DNA of 32,000 nt from Horticoccus luteus (GTDB lineage Bacteria > Verrucomicrobiota > Verrucomicrobiia > Opitutales > Opitutaceae), in the NCBI RefSeq assembly GCF_019464535.1, contig NZ_CP080507.1, positions 4,110,001 through 4,142,000 of the forward strand. Reading direction: 5' to 3'. Of this stretch, positions 7,237-14,895 are shown piece after piece. Within the stretch, counting starts at the first letter, position 1, and the number at the start of each line of letters is the position of its first letter. A model generated the notes under the pieces. That model had not been told where the DNA came from, did not search any database, and saw only the letters and a list, made by a program, of their open reading frames with translations. A program made the position numbers and the translations under genes.

Positions 7237-7875
7237 ATGTTATTCGCGCTGCGCCACGTTACGTTTGCCTACCGGCGCGGGGCCGCGCCCGTGCTTCACG
7301 ACTTTTCCCAAGACTTCCCCGCCGGCCTCACGATCCTGCGCGGCCCTTCCGGCGGCGGTAAAAGCACCCTGCTGAAATTGCTCGCCGGTTACCTCGCGCC
7401 CGCTGCCGGCACTGTGACCACCCGTCACGGCCGCGCCCCCGACGCCGCTTTCCAGCGCCACGACGTCGGCTTCGTTTTTCAACAGTTCAACCTGCTGCCC
7501 GGCGTCTCGCTGCAACGGAATCTCGAACTCGCCGGCTTGATCGGCGGCGTGCCGCCCGCCGTCCTCGCCGCCCGCGTGCAACACTGGCTCGACCGGATGG
7601 GCTTGCAGCCGTGGTCCGCCACTCGCGTCGAACAGCTGTCCGGCGGGCAGATCCAGCGCGCCGCCCTCGCCCGCGCGCTTGTCAAAGCGCCCGCCGTCCT
7701 CCTCCTCGATGAACCCACGTCCGGTCTCGACGATACCAATACGGCGCTCATCGCGGCGCTCGCGCGCGACTGGCTGGCCGCCGGAAATTCTGTCATCGTC
7801 TCCACTCACGATCCCCGCCTCCCGGCGACGCTCGGCGATGCGACGGCGTTGACCCTCGAACTCCCCGCCGCATGA
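7237..7875 (+). CDS. ABC transporter ATP-binding protein (FtsE/LolD/MacB-type NBD, 212 aa)
   Basis: Walker A GPSGGGKST (7342-7368), Q-loop region FVFQQFNLL, signature LSGGQIQR, Walker B LLLDEPTSGLD, H-loop VSTHD. Confidence 0.9.
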   Translation: MLFALRHVTFAYRRGAAPVLHDFSQDFPAGLTILRGPSGGGKSTLLKLLAGYLAPAAGTVTTRHGRAPDAAFQRHDVGFVFQQFNLLPGVSLQRNLELAGLIGGVPPAVLAARVQHWLDRMGLQPWSATRVEQLSGGQIQRAALARALVKAPAVLLLDEPTSGLDDTNTALIAALARDWLAAGNSVIVSTHDPRLPATLGDATALTLELPAA

Positions 7876-8987
7876 ACGCCACCCCGGCTGTCCTGCGTTA
7901 CCTCGCGCACGAATTGACCACGCGCTGGCGGGCGCAACCCATCTCGCCCTTCGCCCGCTGGCTGCTGACCCTCGTGCTCACCGCAGCCGCCGGAGTTTTC
8001 CTCGCCGGTTTCGCGGCGGCGGAAATGGCCCGCCGCGCGCAGTTGCAACACCTCGGCCTCGACACGCTTGTCGTGCGCGTCCCCGCCCGCTCCGCGCTGG
8101 GCGAAGCGGCGCCGTGGCCGGCCGACAGTTGGGCCGCGCCCCTGAGCCACGAAGGCGAACTCACGTGGCTCCAGCAACTGCCACAGCCTGCGTTCAACCC
8201 TTGGGACCGGCCGCTGCCGGCCTTCGCCGCCGCGTTGCCGACACTCGCCGCCCTCCTCCCGGCGGAAGCACCCGCCGGCCGCGCCGTCTGGTTCACGCGC
8301 AGCCTGCCCGCGGGGCGCGACGTGCGGCTCACGTTCCATAACGTCCCGCTCGTCGCGCGCACCGTCCAGCCCGCCGCGCGCTGGCAGGCCTTGGGCCTCG
8401 ATGAATTCGTCCTCCTGCCGCCCCCCGCGGGCGATGTCACGGGCCGGTTGGACGTCATGCTCTTCACGCCCGACGCCGGCCATTCGCTCGCCGACACCGC
8501 CGCACTCGTGGCTGGATTTTTCACCGCAGAAAACGAACCTCCGCCCGCCGTCCAGGATCCCTCTCCCTACCGCCGGGCGCTCGACGAGCTCGTCGCCCGA
8601 CAGGTGCAGTGGCGCCGCGGCATGCTCGTCGCGCTCGCCGGCTGTATCGCCGCGATGTTTGGGTGTATCGGATTGCTGGAGGAGCGGCAGACGCGCTACG
8701 CCCAGGCGTTGCTGCGCAGTCTGGGCGTTGGCCGCGGTTTGCTGTGGGCCAGCGCGTGGGTCGAAAACCTCCTCCTCGCCAACACAGCGCTGCTCTGCGG
8801 CATCTGGTTGAGCGGCACGCTCGCCGCCCGGCTGCTGGCGGGCGTGAATGTTATCAGCCCAGACGTCATGCCGTTAGCTCCGGCCCAATGGCTCTGGCTT
8901 GCCATCGGTGTAAATACCGGTGTTCTCGCCAGTATTTTTCCCCTGGGTCGGGCACTGCGCCGGCCCGTCGGGCAAGTCCTCCCTTAA
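7872..8987 (+). CDS. ABC transporter permease, FtsX/MacB-type (4 TM with large periplasmic loop)
   Basis: The ATG at 7872 overlaps the NBD stop (ATGA 7872-7875). TM1 is WLLTLVLTAAAGVFLAGFAAA, followed by an extracytoplasmic region of about 200 aa. The C-terminus has an FtsX-like three-TM bundle (MLVALAGCIAAMFGCIGLL...YAQALLRSLGVGRGLLWASAWVENLLLANTALL...WLWLAIGVNTGVLASIFP). Confidence 0.8.
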   Translation: MNATPAVLRYLAHELTTRWRAQPISPFARWLLTLVLTAAAGVFLAGFAAAEMARRAQLQHLGLDTLVVRVPARSALGEAAPWPADSWAAPLSHEGELTWLQQLPQPAFNPWDRPLPAFAAALPTLAALLPAEAPAGRAVWFTRSLPAGRDVRLTFHNVPLVARTVQPAARWQALGLDEFVLLPPPAGDVTGRLDVMLFTPDAGHSLADTAALVAGFFTAENEPPPAVQDPSPYRRALDELVARQVQWRRGMLVALAGCIAAMFGCIGLLEERQTRYAQALLRSLGVGRGLLWASAWVENLLLANTALLCGIWLSGTLAARLLAGVNVISPDVMPLAPAQWLWLAIGVNTGVLASIFPLGRALRRPVGQVLP

Positions 8988-8997
8988 ATTCTCGTTC

Positions 8998-10551
8998 ATG
9001 ACCAAGCTGCTCGTATCCATCAAACGCGCCGGACTCGCCCTAGTGGCCGGCGCGGTCACCCTTCCCGCCCTCGCGCAAACCGCGCCGTTGACCCTGCAGG
9101 ACCTGCTCGTTTCTGCGATCAACAACAATTTGGAATTGCGCGCCAAGCGCCTCGACCCCGAAGCCCAGCGTTACCGCCTCGCCGCCGCATGGGGCGATTT
9201 CGACCCCGCCTTCGTCGCCGGCAGCTACGTGCTCTCCTCCGAGCACCCGCAAAACTACCGCGATTTTCTTGCGACCGGCAGCTCCATCACGATCTACCAG
9301 GAAGAGATCATCCACTATGAAGCGGGCTTCACCGGCAAACTGCCCACCGGCGCCAACTACTCGTTGAACACGTTCGTCGAACGCAACGACAACAGCATCA
9401 ATCGCAAGGCCCCCGTCTTCAACGGCAACCTCACCAACCCCAGCGTCAGCGGCCCCGGCTTTCATCCGGAATACGCCGCCACCGCGGTGTTCTCCCTCAC
9501 GCAGCCCTTGCTCCGCGACTTCGGTCTCAACGCCAACCTCGCCGAAGTGCGCCTCAATAAAAGCGCCCTCGCCACCTCCGAGCAGGAAACGCGCGGCACC
9601 CTCCTGCGCATCATGGCCAACGTCGTCGGCGCCTACTACGAAATGGTCTTCGGCCAGGAAAACATCCGCGTGAAGGAACAGGCCGTCGAACTCGCGCAAA
9701 ACCTCGTGCGCGACAACAAGCGCCGCCTCGACGAGGGCAAAATGTCGCCCCTCGACGTCACGCAGGCCCAAGGCCGCCTCGCCGAAGCCCGCGAAGAACT
9801 TCTCCTCGCCCAAAATTTCCTCGCCCAACGCCGCAATACCTTGCGCGAACTCACCCGCGAAAATTTCGATTCCGAAGACGGTGACTGGACCGTCGACAAC
9901 ACCTTCCTCCGTCGCGATCTGCCCGAACTCGACCGCAATCGCCTTCTCCCGGCGATGTTCGAAAACAACCCCGTTTACCTCGCCAACGTCGAAGCGGCGC
10001 GCGCCAGCGACATCCGCCTCACCTACGCGAAAAATCAGCGCTGGCCCCGCGTCGACCTCAAGGCCTCCCTCAGCTACAACGGCCTCGCCGGCGACTGGAG
10101 CCCCGCCTACACCGACTTCGATCAACGCACCGGCCCGGATTGGAACGTCGGTTTCGTCGTCAACATCCCGCTCACCAACCGCGTCGGCCGCGCCCGCTAC
10201 TCCGAGGCGAAGACCCGCAAGATGCAGGCCCTCATCACCGTCAAGCGCACGGAAGTCCAGCTCCTCAGCGCCTTCGATTCGGCGATGCGCGACCTCGCCT
10301 CCGCCCGTGAACGCATGAAACTCGTGCGCGACTCCGTCACTCTGGCCGACTCCGCGCTCACCGCCGAAGAGAAGCGCCTGGCATCCGGCGTCACCACCAG
10401 TTACAACGTCGCCACCGCCCAGCGCGATATGAGCCAGGCGCATTCCCGCGAACTCGCCACGCTCGTCGATCTCAACAAAGCCTACGCCCAGCTCTACGCC
10501 CTCGTCGGCACGCTGCCCCAGCAGTTGAAAGTGGACGTGAAGTCGGAATAA
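8998..10551 (+). CDS. TolC-family outer membrane efflux protein (517 aa)
   Basis: ATG at 8998 inside ORF 8920..10551 gives MTKLLVSIKRAGLALVAGAVTLPALAQ (signal peptide). A canonical OEP start follows (LTLQDLLVSAINNNLELRAKRLDPEAQ). The protein has two OEP repeats with the usual coiled-coil heptads. Confidence 0.9.
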   Translation: MTKLLVSIKRAGLALVAGAVTLPALAQTAPLTLQDLLVSAINNNLELRAKRLDPEAQRYRLAAAWGDFDPAFVAGSYVLSSEHPQNYRDFLATGSSITIYQEEIIHYEAGFTGKLPTGANYSLNTFVERNDNSINRKAPVFNGNLTNPSVSGPGFHPEYAATAVFSLTQPLLRDFGLNANLAEVRLNKSALATSEQETRGTLLRIMANVVGAYYEMVFGQENIRVKEQAVELAQNLVRDNKRRLDEGKMSPLDVTQAQGRLAEAREELLLAQNFLAQRRNTLRELTRENFDSEDGDWTVDNTFLRRDLPELDRNRLLPAMFENNPVYLANVEAARASDIRLTYAKNQRWPRVDLKASLSYNGLAGDWSPAYTDFDQRTGPDWNVGFVVNIPLTNRVGRARYSEAKTRKMQALITVKRTEVQLLSAFDSAMRDLASARERMKLVRDSVTLADSALTAEEKRLASGVTTSYNVATAQRDMSQAHSRELATLVDLNKAYAQLYALVGTLPQQLKVDVKSE

Positions 10552-10565
10552 CGCGCTCCCTCCCC

Positions 10566-11291
10566 ATGAAAAGCCTCTGCCTCACCCTCTTGTTCGCCGC
10601 CGGCGCCGCGATCGTTTCCGCCGCGCCCAAGGCATTTGATGCCGTCATCCTTCCCTACAAGGAGGTGGTCGTCAGTTCCCCGGTCCAAAGCTCCATCACC
10701 GCCATCTTCGTGAAGGAAGGCGATGTCGTCACGCTCGGCCAGCCGCTCGCCCAACTCTACAACAAGATGGAGGAGCTCGATATGAACCGCACCAAAGCGG
10801 CGCTCGAAAAGAAGGAATTCGACTTCAAAGGCTCCAAAAATCTCTACGCCGATAAGATCATCAGCGAAGACGAGGCGCTGAAAAACCGCATCGAACTCGA
10901 GCTCGCCAAACTGCAATTCGACATGGCGTCCGAAGTGCACCATCAGCGCGAAATCGTCGCCCCGATCGCCGGCATCGTCGTCGAGAAACTCCGCGAAGTC
11001 GGTGAGGCCGTGCAGGCCTCGCAACCGATGTTCCGCCTCGTCGACATCAGCCGCGTCTACGTGCAATTCTACGTGCGCGCCGAAGATCTCGCCGCCCTCA
11101 AAGTCGGCGATGAAATGGACGTCCGCTGCCCCGTCGTCGATCCCACCGGCACGTTCGTCGGCAAAGTGGATTTCATCGACCCGCGCGTCGATGCCGCCAG
11201 CGGCCTCATGCGCGTGAAAGTGATTCTGCCCAACGCCGACGGCCGCATCAAAGCCGGTCTGCGCGCCGAAGTTTCCCGCCACGCGGAGTAA
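10566..11291 (+). CDS. short periplasmic adaptor (HlyD/RND-MFP family, 241 aa), cleavable signal peptide and no membrane anchor
   Basis: Signal peptide MKSLCLTLLFAAGAAIVSA/AP. Lipoyl-like half-motifs (SSITAIFVKEGDVVTLGQPLAQL ... IVAPIAGIVVEKLREVGEAV). A short alpha-hairpin. Beta-barrel segment (VYVQFYVRAEDLAALKVGDEMDVR ... MRVKVILPNADGRIKAGLRAEV). Confidence 0.8.
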   Translation: MKSLCLTLLFAAGAAIVSAAPKAFDAVILPYKEVVVSSPVQSSITAIFVKEGDVVTLGQPLAQLYNKMEELDMNRTKAALEKKEFDFKGSKNLYADKIISEDEALKNRIELELAKLQFDMASEVHHQREIVAPIAGIVVEKLREVGEAVQASQPMFRLVDISRVYVQFYVRAEDLAALKVGDEMDVRCPVVDPTGTFVGKVDFIDPRVDAASGLMRVKVILPNADGRIKAGLRAEVSRHAE

Positions 11292-11315
11292 CCGCCTCGC
11301 CTGTCCTTCCCACCA

Positions 11316-11343
11316 AGCGTGCCTCAACCGGCACGCTTTTTTT
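11316..11343 (+). terminator. rho-independent terminator ending the 4360-11291 operon
   Basis: AGCGTGCC (11316-11323), loop tcaacc, GGCACGCT (11330-11337), then a T-run through 11343. It lies 25 nt after the stop of the short MFP gene. Confidence 0.75.
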
Positions 11344-11377
11344 GTGCCCCGCGGCAGGCGGCGGCAAGACCGTCATA

Positions 11378-11400
11378 CCGGGTCGCGGCCCGCGACCCGG
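11378..11400. repeat. perfect 23-bp palindrome CCGGGTCGCGG-C-CCGCGACCCGG
   Basis: Read directly from the sequence. It has 11-nt arms around one central base and lies 108 bp upstream of the cytochrome c start codon, just downstream of the terminator. Confidence 0.6.
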
Positions 11401-11507
11401 TCGCACGCACCTTCGCCTGCATCCACGTCCGCGCCCAGCGGGGACAATTTGCAGCGTTGCCGGAGAGCGACAACCCGCTCTTCCTCCTCAGCTTCACCCC
11501 TGCACGT

Positions 11508-12488
11508 ATGTTCTCCAAGTTGCTCAAAATCCTCGCTGCGCTTCTCGGCTTGGCCGTCCTCGTGGTCGCCGGCGTCCTCTGTTACCTCAAGTTCGCGCTG
11601 CCGAAGGCTGCGCCGGCACCCGCCCTCGTCATTCACGCCACGCCCGAATTGATCGCGCGCGGTCGCTACTTGGCGAATCACGTCGCCGTCTGCATCGATT
11701 GCCACTCGGAGCGCGACTGGTCGCGCTTCTCCGCCCCGCTGGTGCCCGGCACCGAAGGCCGCGGCGGCGAGTCGTTCGATCACCGGTTCGGTTTTCCGGG
11801 CGCGTTCACCGCCAAAAACATCACGCCCGCCAGCGTCGGCGCGTGGACCGATGGCGAACTCTACCGCGCCATCACCACGGGCGTCAGCCGTGATGGCCAT
11901 GCGCTGTTCCCGATCATGCCTTATCTGAATTACGGTCACATGGCCGACGAGGACGTCCGGGCCATCATCGCCTACATCCGCACCCTCGCCCCCATCAATC
12001 ACGCGGTGCCGCCGTCGCGCGCCGACTTTCCGGTTAATTTTTTGGTTAACACGATGCCCGCGCCCGCTGCGCCGCAGCCGTTGCCCGATCCGGCCGACAC
12101 CGTCGCGCAAGGCCGCTACCTCGTCACCGTCGCCGGCTGCGCGATGTGCCACACGCGCGAAGAACACGGCAAGCCCGTGGGCGCGCGGCTCGCCGGCGGT
12201 TTTGCCTTCGATGTCGGCCAAGGCCACATCGTCCGCTCCGCCAACCTCACGCCCGATGACACCGGCATCAAAGCCATGACGCGCGGCGAATTCATCGCGC
12301 GTTTCCAACACTATCGCGATCCAACCAACCTGGGCCCCGTGGACATGGCGAAGGGCGGCTTTCAAACCGTCATGCCGTGGAGCATGTTTGCCGGGATGAC
12401 CGACGCCGACCTCGGTGCCATTTACGACTACCTGCGCACGGTCCCCCCCGTGCCAAACGTCGTCGAGCGCTGGTCCACCGCCCACTAA
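11508..12488 (+). CDS. membrane-anchored diheme c-type cytochrome (326 aa)
   Basis: ATG at 11508 inside ORF 11319..12488 gives MFSKLLKILAALLGLAVLVVAGVLCYL (N-terminal anchor). Two CxxCH motifs are present: CIDCH at 11691-11705 and CAMCH at 12138-12152. Each is followed by a Met-Pro ligand context (FPIMPY, TVMPW). Confidence 0.85.
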   Translation: MFSKLLKILAALLGLAVLVVAGVLCYLKFALPKAAPAPALVIHATPELIARGRYLANHVAVCIDCHSERDWSRFSAPLVPGTEGRGGESFDHRFGFPGAFTAKNITPASVGAWTDGELYRAITTGVSRDGHALFPIMPYLNYGHMADEDVRAIIAYIRTLAPINHAVPPSRADFPVNFLVNTMPAPAAPQPLPDPADTVAQGRYLVTVAGCAMCHTREEHGKPVGARLAGGFAFDVGQGHIVRSANLTPDDTGIKAMTRGEFIARFQHYRDPTNLGPVDMAKGGFQTVMPWSMFAGMTDADLGAIYDYLRTVPPVPNVVERWSTAH

Positions 12489-12542
12489 ACCCGACCGCAT
12501 TTTTCGCGTGCAACGCGCCCGCCCGCGCGGCATGCGCAACGC

Positions 12543-13412
12543 GTGCACGCTCGCGAACACCGCACCGCCCTCGGCCAGTTGCTCTTCGCCGCGCTCTGCT
12601 GGAGCCTCGGCGGTCTGCTGATCAAAGCCGTCGACTGGCCGCCTCTCGCCGTCGCCGGCGGCCGCGGCTTCATCGCGGCGGTGTTTCTCATCGTCACGAC
12701 ACGCGGGCGGCTCCGGTTCACCTGGTCGCCCGTGCAGCTCGGCGCCGCCGTTGCCTACGCGGGCTGCACCGCCACGTTCGTCCTCGCCACCAAACTCACC
12801 ACGGCCGCCAACGCCGTGCTGCTGCAATACACCGCGCCGGTGTGGGTCGCGCTGCTGGGCGCGTGGTTGTTGCACGAACGGCCCACGCGCGCCGATTTCT
12901 TCGCCATCCTCGCCGCCCTCGGTGGCATGGGTTTGTTTTTCGCCGACCGGCTCGATCTCACCAACCTGCTGGGCAACGCCGTCGGTATCTTCAGCGGCAT
13001 CTGCTTCGCCGTCATGGCCGTTCTCCTGCGCAAGCAAAAGGATGGCTCGCCCCTCGAGTCCATCATCCTCGGCAATCTGCTCGCCTGCGCGCTCGGCGTG
13101 CCCGCGATGCTCGGCGCGCCCCTGCCTTCCGCGACCGGCGCCGGCGCCTTGGTGTTGCTCGGCATCGTGCAACTCGGCGTTTCCTATCACTTTTACGCCC
13201 GCGCCATCCGCCACCTCACCGCGCTCGAAGCGGTGCTCGTTCCCGTGATCGAACCCATCCTCAATCCGCTGTGGGTTTTTCTCGTGCTCGGCGAACGTCC
13301 CGGCCACTTCGCTCTCGCCGGCGGCGCACTCGTCCTCCTCGCCGTCACGGCGCGCTCCTGGTGGTCCTTACGACCAACGCCCGCCCCTTCCCTCGCGCGC
13401 ACCACCGCCTGA
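12543..13412 (+). CDS. EamA/DMT-family transporter (10-TM type)
   Basis: ORF track 12543..13412 with a GTG start. The protein is hydrophobic throughout with two EamA-like halves (LLFAALCWSLGGLLIK...LLQYTAPVWVALLGAWLLHERP ; ...GIVQLGVSYHFYARAIRHLTALEAVLVPVIEPILNPLWVFLVLGERP). Confidence 0.85.
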   Translation: MHAREHRTALGQLLFAALCWSLGGLLIKAVDWPPLAVAGGRGFIAAVFLIVTTRGRLRFTWSPVQLGAAVAYAGCTATFVLATKLTTAANAVLLQYTAPVWVALLGAWLLHERPTRADFFAILAALGGMGLFFADRLDLTNLLGNAVGIFSGICFAVMAVLLRKQKDGSPLESIILGNLLACALGVPAMLGAPLPSATGAGALVLLGIVQLGVSYHFYARAIRHLTALEAVLVPVIEPILNPLWVFLVLGERPGHFALAGGALVLLAVTARSWWSLRPTPAPSLARTTA

Positions 13413-13433
13413 GCTCTCGCCGTCGCCGCACCG

Positions 13434-14405
13434 TCAAGCGTGCCGCAATGGCGGCCGCAACTGGATCAGCACATTCGCCGCCGTAATCAATCCGCCGCCC
13501 ACCAGAAGGTTCATCGTGAGCGATTCATTCGCGTAAGCGATCGCCGCCGCCGCCGAAATCAATCCCGGCACGAATAACGCCATTGCGGACCCGAAAATCG
13601 GTTCCACGCAGTAGATCAAGCCGGCCTCGGTCGCACTGATTTTCGGCTGCCACGCATTCATCAACCAATACGCCACCACGGTGCAAAACACCGTGAGGAT
13701 CAGGATGAGCGCCACCCACGCCGGCGACGTCCACATGGTGCCCAGCGCCGCCCAGTCCGGCATGGTCAGCAACGTGAGTCCGCCGAACACCACCGCCTGG
13801 GTCGCGAACATGATCAAGGTGAGATTCAGTGCCCGGTTGGCGGCAAACGCCGGCTTCTCCAGCCACAGAATCTGGCCCATGAAAAAGACCGACGCCAGCA
13901 ACGTCTCCCACTCGCCACGCCCGAGGTGCGCCGCCCGCCAGTCGAACCGCCCAAGAATCGCCACACCCGCCAGCACGAGCCCGCAACTCAGCCACACCAC
14001 CGGACCGGGCGCGCGCCGCGACCGCAACGCCACATAAATCGGAATGAGGATCGCGTAGAGTTGCGTTAAAAACGCGGAGGTCGATGCGGCGGTGAATTGG
14101 AGCCCGTCGTTTTGAAACAGCATGCCCGCGGCGGAAAACAGCCCGATCACCACGCCCTGCGTCCACTCCGCGCGGGTGGAGTGGAAAAACGTCCGCGGCC
14201 GGAATAGTAATATCAAAATGACGCCCAATAGAAAACGCGGCGCCACCACATTCACCGTATAAAACCAGGAGCCCGCCAGCGGCACGAGTCGCTCCTGCAC
14301 CAGCACGACGCCTTTGATGACGGGAAAACTCAGCCCCCAGAAAAAATTGGCGCAAAGGAGCATGAGCAGCGCCCGGGAACGATGCAGGGAGGCGGTGGCC
14401 GTCAT
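13434..14405 (-). CDS. EamA/DMT-family transporter
   Basis: ORF 13434..14432(-). I prefer the ATG at 14405 (MTATASLHRSRALLMLLCANFFWGLSFPVIK) over the GTG at 14432. It has two EamA halves and is convergent with the preceding EamA gene across a 21-bp gap. Confidence 0.8.
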   Translation of the reverse strand: MTATASLHRSRALLMLLCANFFWGLSFPVIKGVVLVQERLVPLAGSWFYTVNVVAPRFLLGVILILLFRPRTFFHSTRAEWTQGVVIGLFSAAGMLFQNDGLQFTAASTSAFLTQLYAILIPIYVALRSRRAPGPVVWLSCGLVLAGVAILGRFDWRAAHLGRGEWETLLASVFFMGQILWLEKPAFAANRALNLTLIMFATQAVVFGGLTLLTMPDWAALGTMWTSPAWVALILILTVFCTVVAYWLMNAWQPKISATEAGLIYCVEPIFGSAMALFVPGLISAAAAIAYANESLTMNLLVGGGLITAANVLIQLRPPLRHA

Positions 14406-14479
14406 GAAAGCCCGCCAGCGTAGGTCGGCCACCCGGGGCGCGCCAAGCGAATTGGCGGCGCCCGCCGGAACGCCGGCAC

Positions 14480-14507
14480 AAAAAAGCCGCCGAGCAAAGT
14501 CGGCGGC
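14480..14507 (-). terminator. rho-independent terminator after the SWIB gene
   Basis: On the minus strand: GCCGCCGA, loop ctttgc, TCGGCGGC, then TTTTTT. On the plus strand this is the A-run at 14480-14485 and the stem at 14486-14507. It lies 26 nt downstream of the SWIB stop codon. Confidence 0.75.
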
Positions 14508-14532
14508 TTGGATAAATGCGTTGAACTGCGTC

Positions 14533-14808
14533 TTACTTCGTAACGTGGCCGGAGACCAACTTGGTCATCTCGAACATCGAAACCGACTTCTTGTTGTTGA
14601 AGATCGGCTTCAACTTGTCGTCGGCGTTGATCTGGGTCTTCACCTTCTTGTCCTGCAGACCGTTCTTCTTGATATAAGCCCAGAGCTTCTTCGTCAGCTC
14701 CGTGCGGGGGAGGGGGCTCGCGCCCACGACGGCCGCGAGAGCGGCATCGGGCGTGACCGGTTTCATGAACGCAGCGTTAGGTTTACGGGCGGGTGCTTTT
14801 TTAGCCAT
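14533..14808 (-). CDS. SWIB/MDM2-domain protein (91 aa)
   Basis: ATG at 14808 inside ORF 14533..14850 gives MAKKAPARKPNAAFMKPVTPDAALAAVVGASPLPRTELTKKLWAYIKKNGLQDKKVKTQINADDKLKPIFNNKKSVSMFEMTKLVSGHV. This is the classic SWIB signature (R-T-E-x-x-K-K-L-W-x-Y-I-K...L-Q-D...F-E-M-x-K-L). GC content is locally low. Confidence 0.85.
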   Translation of the reverse strand: MAKKAPARKPNAAFMKPVTPDAALAAVVGASPLPRTELTKKLWAYIKKNGLQDKKVKTQINADDKLKPIFNNKKSVSMFEMTKLVSGHVTK

Positions 14809-14895
14809 AGTGTGGAGGATTGTGGGTGCTCTACTTTGAGAGCAAGGCACTTCTAGAGGGAAAACGGCCTCTTTGCCTAGGAGAAAAGCGCGGAT

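Noticed and set aside
4360-8987. Interpretation of the lipoprotein/ABC/FtsX genes as a LolCDE lipoprotein-sorting system.
   Set aside because: Lol systems have paired LolC/LolE-type permeases and no dedicated OMF or MFP. Here a single permease is encoded with an OMF and an MFP, which is the MacAB-TolC/DevBCA-type tripartite layout.
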